A DNA stretch of 64,000 nucleotides from an uncultured delta proteobacterium (GCA_963717985.1 CAVQYC010000003.1:34314-98313); one strand, 5' to 3'. Shown: positions 38,801-47,621, numbered from the stretch's first letter. The notes: a model not told the origin generated them from the sequence alone. A program made the numbers and translations.

Positions 38801-39473
38801 CGGATTCAGGAAGATACACGGGTTCGGTTGGCCGGGCAGATATGGGTTGCTTTCTGTCCTGGACTCGGGCACCGGCATGGATGAGAAGACCAGGGAGCGT
38901 ATTTTCGACCCCTTTTTCACCACGAAGGAGGTGGGCAAGGGGACGGGACTGGGCCTGGCGAGTGTCTACGGGATTGTGAAACAGCATGAAGGATACATTA
39001 CCGTATCGAGCGAACCGGGTCACGGCACCGTCTTTCGCATCTACCTTCCTCTTTCAGAAGCAACCGAACAACAGCAAGCTGTCCCGACTCAGGAGGCGAG
39101 AGGGGGCACCGAGTCTATCCTCATTGCAGAGGACGACCCGGACGTGAGGAAGATGATGAGCCACATCCTGGTAAGCCACGGCTACACCACAATAGAAGCC
39201 GTAGATGGAGAGGAGGCGATCCGCGTATACTCAGAGAACAGAGACCGGATAGACCTTGTCATCCTTGATGTCGTGATGCCCCGTAAGAATGGAAAAGAAG
39301 TCCATGATGAGCTCACCCGAATCGATGCCCATGTCCGGGTCATCTTTGTGAGTGGGTACACCAGGGATGTCGTGATCGACAAAGGAATTCACCGTGAGGC
39401 TGTGGACTTCGTCCAAAAGCCCCTGTCCTTATCGACCTTCGTTACCAAGGTGAGAGAAGTACTCGACAGGTAG
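35898..39473 (+). CDS. hybrid sensor histidine kinase/response regulator (multi-TM N-terminus, periplasmic sensor region, HAMP, 2 PAS, HisKA, HATPase_c, REC)
   Basis: H-box VAHDFNNLLTVI. N/G boxes ..NLATNARDAM.., DSGTGMD and GTGLGLASVYGIV. PAS blocks (ERYRLLAENASDVIWATD, EKYRKIFENASEGIFQAT). C-terminal REC (ILIAEDDPDV..DLVILDVVMP..KP). The start could be ATG 35898 or further upstream (GTG/TTG). Confidence 0.9.
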   Translation: MLAILIVAGLLGNYLNVPLFFGADFLFGSIAVLLVLHFYGIGWGIVAALIAHSYTYFLWGHPYGIVNFTSEALFVGCLMKRWRRNLILVDGLFWLLVGIPLAFIEHGVVMQMGYVTTAFIMLKQSVNGVFNALFASLILCYLPLERLFHRSRPSPKISLHESLFNLSAMMILVPALLLTVVQVRHEKERMEAGAIGELQSQSAELQSNVRVWYRLHMRAVQNLALLAGRSPMTPSAQLRHDTEILKWQFQDFATMHVENREGRSIAFEPPTNENGDRTLALSFSDAPWFRKVKATRQPVVSDVFVGNKALLAPIVTLCAPVIKENRWQGCATGALDLARVGEILRSYGSQKLSGLTLTDAQNRVIASSVPARSPMQLWDRKSTGVFRPVNGSTYLWHPGGNRKLPSMTFWRQSFYVQESLIGPGLPWKLTAETPVAPVQRLLYAIYVKNLAIMACLIALSMLLSFVFSRAISRPLAKLANVTAGWPEKLTDAQDIDWPATSTDEVSSLITNFVSMTKALETTFNHLRAKSEELGRANLELHQEIRDRRQAEEALRESEERYRLLAENASDVIWATDMALNFTYVSPSIERLQGWTPEEVKGLRLEQRMPSRSVEILKRVLKEEVAREAYSETDPSRARTMEVEVYRKDGSTIWTEIAARFLRDDRAALRGVMGVSREITQRKQAEEALRESEEKYRKIFENASEGIFQATVEGRYLSVNPAFARMFGFSSTQEMIESVTDIDRQLYVNPQDRQCMIRMLRESGRVEDYEVEVYRRDKSRFWISINAHIVRDAAGRLLYFEGMNIDMSERKNLEAQLMHAQKMEAVGTLAGGVAHDFNNLLTVIMGFANLLQIGIGKDDRLRPYADQIIASSEKAANLTQGLLAFSRKQRIILEPHNLNDIVRSTARLLKRLLPEDIELRVNLVDVGIIVNLDVTQMDQVLMNLATNARDAMPHGGSLSIETQVATLDDGFRKIHGFGWPGRYGLLSVLDSGTGMDEKTRERIFDPFFTTKEVGKGTGLGLASVYGIVKQHEGYITVSSEPGHGTVFRIYLPLSEATEQQQAVPTQEARGGTESILIAEDDPDVRKMMSHILVSHGYTTIEAVDGEEAIRVYSENRDRIDLVILDVVMPRKNGKEVHDELTRIDAHVRVIFVSGYTRDVVIDKGIHREAVDFVQKPLSLSTFVTKVREVLDR

Positions 39474-39493
39474 GACACCTAGGGGGAGGACCA

Positions 39494-39955
39494 CTAAAAT
39501 ATTCCCGCATTGACTCCCTCGGCGATTGTACTGCCAAGCTCGAAGCATCTCGCCAGCGTTTCTTCGGTTACCTTGCCTTTACAGACAATCGGTTTCTGAA
39601 CCTTTTTTAGGCGATACCCTTTGCAGATCCTCTCGATATGGCTTAATGCAAATGATCCGTCGTTACCTGCGCTGATAACGATACTGAAAGGCTTCTTGTA
39701 CACGGCCGCATCACCCTTCAGCTCTTCATATGTTCTGTCGAAAAAGTCTTTTACGGCGCCCGCCATGTATCCAAAGTATTCCGGGGAGCAGATTACAACA
39801 GCGCTGCAGTCTTTTAGATCCTGCGCGACGGTATTCGCAGCCCGCTTAAGAACTGCCCTCGCATTCGCGGTGCAGTCCACACCCTGCGCAACGGCCTTGG
39901 CCAGTTTCCCGGTGTTGCCCGTTTGAGAATGGAATATAATGAGTATGTCCGCCAT
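39494..39955 (-). CDS. flavodoxin-fold NAD(P)H-dependent FMN reductase-like protein
   Basis: MADILIIFHSQTGNTGKLAKAV...VVICSPEYFGYM... Confidence 0.7.
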   Translation of the reverse strand: MADILIIFHSQTGNTGKLAKAVAQGVDCTANARAVLKRAANTVAQDLKDCSAVVICSPEYFGYMAGAVKDFFDRTYEELKGDAAVYKKPFSIVISAGNDGSFALSHIERICKGYRLKKVQKPIVCKGKVTEETLARCFELGSTIAEGVNAGIF

Positions 39956-39966
39956 ACCGAATGATT

Positions 39967-40650
39967 TCACTCTACACGTGTGGCGAATACCTCTAAGCCT
40001 TTGATGCTTCCCCCGCCAAACTCGGCCATGGTCTCCGCAGCAACGGTCAATCCTTCCTTCAGATAGATTGCGTCAATACCGGGAACGGCATAGGAGTAGA
40101 AAAGAACATTTGAGGTGTCATCCCTCACCCTTGTTTTTTCATCCGCACCCTGGCACAGCACGCAGATGATGTCCTTTTCGTCGCGGAGCACGATCTCTCC
40201 TTCTCTTGTGGTGAATTGGCGCCCTCCCATTCCCGCAGCCGTCTCTCCCTCCCGGGCGACATCGAGCAGGAGATCACCTTCGACCCGATCATAATCTGTA
40301 ACAGCCACAAGAATCCCGGCACACATCTCGGCCATGAAGTGGGCATCTACCATCAGGTTGTATCTTGGGAATCCGCTGTTGATCGTTCTCTTCAAGTGCT
40401 GAGGCAGGGGGCACTCGTATCCGAAGCTCTGAAAAAACCGGTCGTACGTGTCAATACGCAGAAGGGTCTGAGCGAGCATCTCCCGCTTTCTCATTTTCCG
40501 GAGGAGCTTTCGCTTGTGCTGGTCGAAGGCAACGCTATCGGTTAACGGCCTGCACCCTTTAATGAGCGTCAACGCGAACGCCACACCCGGGTACCTCGCT
40601 TCATACGCCGGCGAGATCGAAAAGTTTACCCATGTGGATAAATTGGACAA
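39967..40650 (-). CDS. B3/B4 (PheT-related tRNA-binding) domain protein
   Basis: ..PRYNLMVDAHFMAEMCAGILVAVTDYDRVEGDLLLDVAREGE..EGEIVLRDEKDIICVL..TSNVLFYSY.. matches the COG3382-type pattern (recall). Confidence 0.6.
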   Translation of the reverse strand: MSNLSTWVNFSISPAYEARYPGVAFALTLIKGCRPLTDSVAFDQHKRKLLRKMRKREMLAQTLLRIDTYDRFFQSFGYECPLPQHLKRTINSGFPRYNLMVDAHFMAEMCAGILVAVTDYDRVEGDLLLDVAREGETAAGMGGRQFTTREGEIVLRDEKDIICVLCQGADEKTRVRDDTSNVLFYSYAVPGIDAIYLKEGLTVAAETMAEFGGGSIKGLEVFATRVE

Positions 40651-40823
40651 CCTAGGGTACTCCCGGGAGACGACGGGTACAGACGTTGTTTCCTTCTGTA
40701 CGTTCTCATTTACCGGACCAGCCTGTTCAGCCTTTCCGCTGCCATCCGCTTATCCTCCATTATCAGAGAAATGTCCCAAAATTACAACAACTATTTCATG
40801 CTTCCCGTGAGAGGGCCCCGGCG

Positions 40824-41933
40824 CTAAAGTTCGCCAAAGTCTTCTTCCAACGTCTTCTCAATATACTCTCCCATGGCTTCGGAAAGCGCACCGGGTCCCG
40901 ATTTCGCTATGTCGCCCATCCTTTCATGGAGCAGCCGCAACCCCTTCAGGGCCGTGATGACCGGCCGTACCTTTTTCAGATAGCGTTCTTCGGCCGTGCC
41001 TCCGCCCCGAATGGTCTCTATCACGGACTCTGCCGCCAAAACCCCGCTTTTCAAGGCAGATCCTATGCCTTCTTGAGTGAAGGGCAAAAGCATGCCCGCG
41101 GCATCCCCTACCAACACGACATTCTCCCTGGCAGGGAGGAAAGAGCCCTTCAGGAGATCATCATACAGGTCGGCTATCACGCAGCCGTCCCGCCACACCG
41201 GTCTTGCGTCGGGGGGAAAGCCATAGTCTCTTAAAATCTCCTTTATCTTGTCCTTTAACCTTCGTATATCGCCCCCCTCGACGAGAAAGAAACCTTCCTT
41301 GTAATTGACGTCAAATCTGGGGGATGGGGAAGCAAAGGGATAAAACCAGTGGAACCGGTCTTTCGGGATCGACAGGTCTTCTCGATAGCACTCCCGGTAT
41401 GCCGGTCTGTAACGAACCCTCGCATCGGGCCTGATGAATTTCCTGACCATGGACAGCGCGCCGTCCGCCCCGATGACATACCTTGCGGAGAGCTTTTCCC
41501 TCTCCCTGTTCGCTCTTGCGAGCTCGATCTCGCAGCCCCCTTTACGATGCACGATAGCGGTCGCCCTCGCCCCATCGACACACAGCGCACCCGCCTGCAC
41601 GGCATTCCGGGCCATCCAGTAGTCCAGGTTTTTCCTCCAGGCAACGGAGATAGGGCATGATACCTCCGCGACGTTCTCTGCCCCCACGTGGAGGGTCATG
41701 CCGGTGTAGTGACCTGGATCGCCCAGGACTTCAGCCGGTATATCGCCGAAGTGCTCCTTTATCAGGTTTTTTGCCCATGGCCCCAGGACGATGCCCGAGC
41801 ATACCTTATCCCGTGGAAGTCTCTTTTTTTCCAGGAGCAGGGTGTCCAGCCCGGCGCCGGCGCATACCTTTGCCGCAACAGAGCCTCCCGGACCGCTGCC
41901 GATGACGATAACGTCCCACGCCTTTTGTTCCAT
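40824..41933 (-). CDS. FAD-dependent oxidoreductase, geranylgeranyl-reductase family
   Basis: Dinucleotide-binding motif DVIVIGSGPGGSVAAKVCAGAGLDTLLLEKK and ..VVLVGDAAG... Confidence 0.75.
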   Translation of the reverse strand: MEQKAWDVIVIGSGPGGSVAAKVCAGAGLDTLLLEKKRLPRDKVCSGIVLGPWAKNLIKEHFGDIPAEVLGDPGHYTGMTLHVGAENVAEVSCPISVAWRKNLDYWMARNAVQAGALCVDGARATAIVHRKGGCEIELARANREREKLSARYVIGADGALSMVRKFIRPDARVRYRPAYRECYREDLSIPKDRFHWFYPFASPSPRFDVNYKEGFFLVEGGDIRRLKDKIKEILRDYGFPPDARPVWRDGCVIADLYDDLLKGSFLPARENVVLVGDAAGMLLPFTQEGIGSALKSGVLAAESVIETIRGGGTAEERYLKKVRPVITALKGLRLLHERMGDIAKSGPGALSEAMGEYIEKTLEEDFGEL

Positions 41934-41967
41934 GGCGTCTCCCGATCGTAAAACCATTGATTACTGC

Positions 41968-42840
41968 CTAGAGCCAGCGCACCTCTCTCTGCCTGCGCGG
42001 AACCGTCTTTCGGTACACATGCGTGGGATAGCCGAGCATGATGGCGCTGTAGACATTGCGATCGTCAGGGACCCCGAGGCGGCGCGCTATCTTCTTCGAA
42101 ATACCGGCTGCGACCAGGAGAAAGCCTGCCCAGCACGTCCCCAGGCCCAGGCTCTTGGCGAGCATCTCCATGTTCCTCGCGGCAATAGCGCAGTTCTCGT
42201 GGACGCTGCGGTTGGTTCTCTGTCCGTGAACAACGATCACAGCCGGGGCATTCCGGAAAACCGCGCCCCCGAGGTCACCGCTATCCCGCCCGGCCTTGAA
42301 CCTCTCATAATACAGAATGGACTGCCGCGCCGTTTCCTCTCCAAATCTGATGCGTGCCAGTCTCCGTCCGATGCCGCTGCCCAAAAGCTTCATCTTGTCC
42401 CATAGGATCTCGATCACCATGTCTTCAAGTTCTGACAGCAGTTGTCGATCCTGGATGACGATGAAGTTCTCTGTCTGTGCATTTGATGCCGTTCCTGCGT
42501 GGGTGCCGACCTCGATGAGCTGTTCTATGATCTCTCTTGGTACAGGCTTTTCTCTGAACGCCCTGGTGGATCTCCTTGACAGGAGGAAGGCCCTCATGGC
42601 CTCGGGGGCGATGTCAACGTGTGGCCGCTCCTCGAACTTGTCCGCGGGCAGTTCTCCATGGACAACGGCACCGGCGGGACAAAGAGCGACGCAGTGGCCG
42701 CAGCCGGTACAATGGTCCGGATATCTCACCTGCGCCGTACGACTGCCATCAGGGACCGGGACCACCATAAAGATGCCGGCCGGGCACTCGTCGGAACAGA
42801 ACCCGCATCCAGTACATTTTGTCGCGTCTACTTCTATCAT
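41968..42840 (-). CDS. nitroreductase-family protein with an N-terminal 2x[4Fe-4S] ferredoxin domain
   Basis: CTGCGFCSDECP and CTGCGHCVALCP, followed by a nitroreductase fold (..RRSTRAFREKPVPRE..). Confidence 0.8.
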   Translation of the reverse strand: MIEVDATKCTGCGFCSDECPAGIFMVVPVPDGSRTAQVRYPDHCTGCGHCVALCPAGAVVHGELPADKFEERPHVDIAPEAMRAFLLSRRSTRAFREKPVPREIIEQLIEVGTHAGTASNAQTENFIVIQDRQLLSELEDMVIEILWDKMKLLGSGIGRRLARIRFGEETARQSILYYERFKAGRDSGDLGGAVFRNAPAVIVVHGQRTNRSVHENCAIAARNMEMLAKSLGLGTCWAGFLLVAAGISKKIARRLGVPDDRNVYSAIMLGYPTHVYRKTVPRRQREVRWL

Positions 42841-43029
42841 CTGTCACCCTTCTCTTTTTGGTTGCCTCTCCCGGCCCTGTCCCGGGCGGGGGTCCGGAAC
42901 TATCCCCTTACCTTGTTTTCGGCGCTTCGACGGTTACTATTTGTACTATTGCATAATTTTCCTTTACTTTGAACAAAAAACATCCTAATCATATTGGCTC
43001 GGTCCAGAAATAATCAAGAAGAGGTTCCC

Positions 43030-44193
43030 ATGCCAAAACCCGCATCAAGAGTAGAAAAGATTCCGCCTTACCTTTTTGCCCGTATAGACAAGAAGAAAAG
43101 CGAGGCACGGAGCAGAGGGCTCGATCTCGTCGACTTCGGTATAGGCGACCCCGATATTCCCACGCCGGCCCATATAGTAAAGGCCATGCAGAAGGCAGTC
43201 GCCAACCCCGTGAACCACAGGTACCCGTCCTACGAGGGCATGCCTGCATTCCGGCAGGCGGCAGCCGATTGGTTCTTCGGCCGGTTCGGCGTAAGACTGG
43301 ACCCTGACACGGAAGTGGTGGTGCTGATCGGCTCAAAGGAAGGAATTGCGCACCTGCCGTGGGCATACCTTGATGAAGGGGACGTGGCCCTCATCCCGTC
43401 TCCCGGATACCCGGTCTACAAAATCACCACGCTTATGGCCGGCGGGACCCCTTACATCATGCCCCTCAAGGAAGAGAACGAGTTCGAGCCGGTCTTTGAG
43501 AGCATTCCTGAAGAAGTGAAGAAAAAAGCGAAAATCTGCTTCCTCAACTACCCGAACAACCCGACCGGCGCGCATGGCAGTGACGGGCTTTACGAAAAAG
43601 CGATCGACCTCGCCCGGACACACGACATTCTCATCTGTCATGACGCGGCATATAGCGAGATAACCTATGACGGTTACAAGGCAAAAAGCATCCTCCAGTT
43701 CGACAGAGAGAAGCGGTATTCCGTTGAATTCCTCTCCCTCTCCAAAACCTACTGCATGACCGGGTGGAGGATCGGCTTTGCGGTAGGCAACAAAGAGGCT
43801 ATACAGAACCTCGGGACGCTCAAGACAAACATCGATTCGGGCGTATTCCAGGCCATCCAGGAGGCAGGGATAACGGCGCTGACCGGCAGCCAAGCGTGTG
43901 TGGCTGCCCTGAATGAGAGATTCGCCGCCAGGCGGGACCTGGTGGTGGACGGCCTCAACAATAGCGGAATAAGGGTCCGTAAGCCGCTCGGCGCATTATA
44001 CATATGGGCGCAGGTGCCGGGCGGTTACACATCCGCCGAATTCGCGGAGACGCTGATCGAGCGGATAGGGGTGGTTGTCACGCCCGGAAGCGGGTTCGGC
44101 GACGAAGGAGAAGGCTATTTCAGGATGTCTATCACCCTCGGCGAGGAGCGCATCCGCGAAGGGATTAGCCGCCTTAAGGGTCTAAAGCTTTAG
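43030..44193 (+). CDS. dapL: LL-diaminopimelate aminotransferase (DapL-type PLP aminotransferase)
   Basis: ..RVEKIPPYLFARIDKKKSEARSRGLDLVDFGIGDPDIPTP..HRYPSYEGMPAFRQAAADWF..LSLSKTYCMTGWRIG.. (PLP Lys). Confidence 0.75.
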   Translation: MPKPASRVEKIPPYLFARIDKKKSEARSRGLDLVDFGIGDPDIPTPAHIVKAMQKAVANPVNHRYPSYEGMPAFRQAAADWFFGRFGVRLDPDTEVVVLIGSKEGIAHLPWAYLDEGDVALIPSPGYPVYKITTLMAGGTPYIMPLKEENEFEPVFESIPEEVKKKAKICFLNYPNNPTGAHGSDGLYEKAIDLARTHDILICHDAAYSEITYDGYKAKSILQFDREKRYSVEFLSLSKTYCMTGWRIGFAVGNKEAIQNLGTLKTNIDSGVFQAIQEAGITALTGSQACVAALNERFAARRDLVVDGLNNSGIRVRKPLGALYIWAQVPGGYTSAEFAETLIERIGVVVTPGSGFGDEGEGYFRMSITLGEERIREGISRLKGLKL

Positions 44194-44235
44194 ACCGGGT
44201 CAAAGTATCGAAGAAGCCCCGAAGGAGAAATAGGA

Positions 44236-44424
44236 TCAGTCTTTCTTCGCATTCTCTTTGAAAAACGTCGTCAGAAATTCGCCGTCCTTCGGTGAAAGGT
44301 CGAACTTGAAGACGGCTTCCTCGACCAGGCGGTACATTGGCCGTGCCGGTTGTTCCTGCAAACCTGCCGAGATCCACTTGACCGCCCTTCTCAGGTCTTC
44401 CCCTTCGGGCAATGGATACGTCAT
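44236..44424 (-). CDS. small hypothetical protein (62 aa)
   Basis: ATG 44424 follows a GAAGGGGGG RBS. It has no recognisable motif and is convergent with dapL. Confidence 0.35.
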   Translation of the reverse strand: MTYPLPEGEDLRRAVKWISAGLQEQPARPMYRLVEEAVFKFDLSPKDGEFLTTFFKENAKKD

Positions 44425-44538
44425 CTTTGTGTCCCCCCTTCTCGCGTTCATGAGACTGCTTTATAGATAATAGATCGAAACACCTTTTTTCGCAAGCCGC
44501 CATTTCGCCGCCGCCCTGGGGCCGCCGCGATAGTGTGA

Positions 44539-44567
44539 TTGATTAGTTTCTTTGTCAAGTATATAAT
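44539..44567 (+). promoter_or_regulatory. sigma70-type promoter for the rhodanese-MoeB gene
   Basis: TTGATT-17 nt-TATAAT, about 40 nt upstream of the GTG start. Confidence 0.4.
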
Positions 44568-44605
44568 ATGGCATATTCAGGCAGGTTTATGTCAGGAGGG
44601 CTCAC

Positions 44606-45784
44606 GTGCCAGGCTATAAAGAACTGCTGGAACAGGCACGCGCTGAAATTGACGAGATAAGCGTCGAGCACGCGCATGAGATGCTCCGGGAAGGCGACGA
44701 AAAGGTGCGGCTCGTCGATATCAGGAGCCGCGGACATATGGCCCTCGGCTACATCAAGGGCGCCGCGCTCATCCCCGCTGATGAGCTTGAAATGACCGTT
44801 CACCATCTGCTTCCCGACAAGAGCAAGCCCATGCTTATTTATTGCGAGTCCGGTCACCGTTCCGTCTTCACCGCCCTTACCCTCAAAGAGATGGGCTATA
44901 CGCACGTGTCGGCCATGGCCGGCGGCATTACGGCATGGAGGGAGGCGGGCTACGAGATCGAAAACGAGACACTCCTCACGCAGGACCAGCTCACCCGTTA
45001 TAGCAGGCAGATGCTCCTTCCCGAGGTGGGTGTGGAAGGTCAATTCAAGCTCCTGAACGCGAGTGTGCTGCTCGTCGGAGCAGGAGGTCTCGGCTCGTCG
45101 GCTGCGCTCTACCTCGCAGCCGCCGGAGTGGGTACCATCGGCATAGCCGATTTCGACCATGTGGAAAAGAGCAACCTCAACCGGCAGGTTATCCACGCAA
45201 GCGGCAATGCAGGGAAACCGAAGACGGAATCTGCGAAGGAAGGGTTAAGCCGCATCAACCCGGACATCAGGGTCGTTACCTTTTACGAGCGGATGACGCC
45301 GGAAAATATAGCCGATATTCTCAAGGACTTCGATATTCTCCTCGACGGCTCCGACAATTTTCAGACCAAGTACCTCCTCAACGACGCCGCATTCTTTGCG
45401 GGAAAGCCCTATATCTTTGGCGGGGCCGTGAGGACGGAGGGCCAGGCCGCGGTCTTTTCCCCCAAGGAGGGTGGGCCATGCCTGCGCTGCCTGCTGCCTC
45501 AGCCGCCCCCGCAGGAACTGGCGCCGACCTGAAGCGAGGTCGGGGTCCTGGGCGTCGTCCCCGGACAGATCGGCCTCGTGCAGGCCGCAGAAGCCCTTAA
45601 GCTCATACTGAAAAAAGGAGAACCCCTCATAGGCAGGTTCCTCATTTACAACGCCCTTGAAGCCGACTTCAGGACAATTACCGTTGGGAAAAACCCAAAT
45701 TGTCCGTTGTGCGGGCCTGAGCCGACCATCACCACCTTGAGCGACTGTTACGAGGGCACCGCCACGGTCTGCCATACGCCCTGA
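44606..45784 (+). CDS. rhodanese-MoeB/ThiF (E1-like adenylyltransferase) fusion with an in-frame UGA at 45530-45532 (candidate selenocysteine)
   Basis: GTG start 5 nt after AGGAGGG. Rhodanese active-site loop CESGHRS. Nucleotide-binding loop LLVGAGGLGS. Zinc motifs CLRC and CPLC. Both ORF-track pieces are in the same frame, separated only by the TGA. Confidence 0.7.
45539..45566 (+). promoter_or_regulatory. SECIS-like hairpin downstream of the in-frame UGA
   Basis: GU(C)GGGG...CCCC(G)GAC. Pairs are g39-c66, t40-a65, c41-g63 and g42-45 with c59-62, with g64 bulged and a 13-nt G-rich apical loop. The stem starts 7 nt after the UGA. Confidence 0.4.
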
Positions 45785-45834
45785 GTAACTTTTGCCACTT
45801 CGGGCTTCGTGCTGATATGCAGATCACGAGTTCT

Positions 45835-45863
45835 TTGACAGTTAACACACCCAAGACTATAAT
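45835..45863 (+). promoter_or_regulatory. orphan consensus sigma70 promoter
   Basis: TTGACA-17 nt-TATAAT, a perfect match at both hexamers, in the convergent intergenic region. Confidence 0.4.
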
Positions 45864-46004
45864 TTCCGACTAGAGAATGGTCGGGAGGTGACTTTGATGG
45901 CCGATAAACAGATTTAACCCCACCATCCCCCCCTGCCACTCTCTCCCGAACGTGCCCGATTTAAGGCCAGGGCAGCCGTAGCCAAGACGCATCAGGCATG
46001 ATAG

Positions 46005-47249
46005 TCACTCTCCGGCGCGCAATTTCCGTCGCTTCTCATTGGCCCGGGCAAGCAGTTGTTCAAGGGCGAGCCGCTCCTCCGGGGCGCATTGCGCAACTTG
46101 GACGGTTATAGAGATTGGACAATTTCTTGCGTTGTCATTCTTGAAGCCGGCGACGCCAAGTTGGAGTTGAGCTGTTTCCGCTTCCGCCGCACCACCGGCA
46201 AGAACCGCGAATTCGACTCCTCCTATGCGCCCGATGACGCCCTTCTCCTGAAAAATCTCCTGAAGCATGCGTCCGACTTTGCGTATGGCCGTATCGCCCT
46301 GCTTTTGGCCCAGTGTGTCGTTGAGCAGCTTTATGTCATCCAGCTTGACGAGAAAGAGCGTGCAGGGCTCCTTCCTCTTGGATGCCACCTTCAACCGCTC
46401 CCAGGAAAGCTCGAAGAACCCTTTCCTGTTGTACAGACCTGTAAGCTCATCCGTGATCAAGGCGGTCCGTAGTCTTTCCTCAAAGAACTTTCGTTCGGTG
46501 ATGTCTTCCACCTGGCCGACCAAGTATAATGGGTAGCCCCGCGAATCACGCACTACCGAAACAGAGAGCAAACCCCATGTGATGTACCCATCCCTGTGGC
46601 AGTAACGTTTTTCAATTTGATAATAGGGAATCTCATCCTCGATGAGTTTCTTCAAATGTTCGAGGTCGTTCTCAAGGTCGTCAGGATAAGTTATGTCCTG
46701 GAATGTTTTCGCGAGGAGCTCCTCCTCGGAATAGCCGAGAATATTGCAGAGCGACTGGTTTACCTTCAGCCAACGACCGTCCAGACCGACCAGGCACATG
46801 CCAATCGCGGAGGCTTCGAAGGCGCCCCTGAAGCGGCTCTCGCTCTCCTTCAACGCTTCCTCCATGCGCCGCAGCTCGGTGATGTCCATCGCAGAAATCA
46901 TGCTCCTCTTAGTGTGAGGGATCATGCCCACTCTAACAAGCACTTGCATGAGGGTGCCGTCCCTGCGTACTACGCTGCATTCAAATTCTTCGGGTGCGCT
47001 CGGAGAATGGGCTGTCCGATTGCGCTGGTAGCTCTCCAGCCTCTCAATGTCTTCGGGTGGGGTCCAATTTCTCCAACTCATCTTTCCTTCTATTTCTTCC
47101 AGAGACCACCCGACAGCCCGGCTGAATCGCGCATTGGCCAGACTGATGGTGCCGTCTTCTTCTACGATTGCCAGACCGGAACCGGAGTAATCAAAAATTG
47201 CGTGGAAGGTGTCCGCCGACAGTATTGGGGGGTTTTCTCTATCAGTCAT
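46005..47249 (-). CDS. PAS-PAS-GGDEF protein with a degenerate active site (GGVEF)
   Basis: Two PAS blocks (..FHAIFDYSGSGLAIVEEDG.., ..SRFRGAFEASAIGMCLVGLDG..). GGDEF domain ..DELTGLYNRKGF..GRIGGVEFAVL... Start at ATG 47249. Confidence 0.85.
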   Translation of the reverse strand: MTDRENPPILSADTFHAIFDYSGSGLAIVEEDGTISLANARFSRAVGWSLEEIEGKMSWRNWTPPEDIERLESYQRNRTAHSPSAPEEFECSVVRRDGTLMQVLVRVGMIPHTKRSMISAMDITELRRMEEALKESESRFRGAFEASAIGMCLVGLDGRWLKVNQSLCNILGYSEEELLAKTFQDITYPDDLENDLEHLKKLIEDEIPYYQIEKRYCHRDGYITWGLLSVSVVRDSRGYPLYLVGQVEDITERKFFEERLRTALITDELTGLYNRKGFFELSWERLKVASKRKEPCTLFLVKLDDIKLLNDTLGQKQGDTAIRKVGRMLQEIFQEKGVIGRIGGVEFAVLAGGAAEAETAQLQLGVAGFKNDNARNCPISITVQVAQCAPEERLALEQLLARANEKRRKLRAGE

Positions 47250-47621
47250 TGGTAGTTCCCTTGAGACTAGAATTTGTAGCATTTTGTAAGCACCGATATT
47301 ATCGGCTAAAATGCTCTAAAGCTAAGTTCTCCGTATACGAGCCGCCTGCCCTCGCGGAACCCGGCTATGAGGTGACATCCCGGTAGTAGCGGGGTCCTTC
47401 CTGTAGTAGAGCAACGATCTTAAGACAAAACGATACAACATTGCAGGGGCCATTCAAGCAGCGGCGGTGCTGGCCCAACCGGGCGCAAGACAGTCGGCCC
47501 GCATCTTCGCTTTCCAGCCTTCATGCGGAAGACAGGCGCATACATATGTGGTTGCTATTTGGACAGAATTGGGGATAATAACAATGAGATATCTGTGACC
47601 AAATCCACAGGGAGGTATTCG

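Noticed and set aside
42841-43029. A riboswitch or T-box leader upstream of dapL. I also checked upstream of aspS, tyrS and lysC.
   Set aside because: - No lysine-riboswitch or T-box conserved boxes were seen.
- tyrS and lysC are translationally packed behind upstream genes and have no leader.
45530-45532. The TGA as a simple nonsense mutation or sequencing error that splits the moeB-like gene.
   Set aside because: - I have not fully excluded this, but it is disfavoured.
- The errors elsewhere in the contig are indels, whereas this is an in-frame substitution at exactly the conserved Cys codon.
- It is followed by a hairpin, and the downstream 84 codons remain intact and conserved.
47293-47305. 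The 13-bp palindrome ccgata-t-tatcgg in the divergent GGVEF/thioesterase promoter region, as an operator.
   Set aside because: It is a single short palindrome with no second copy or adjacent regulator gene, so it is too weak to call.
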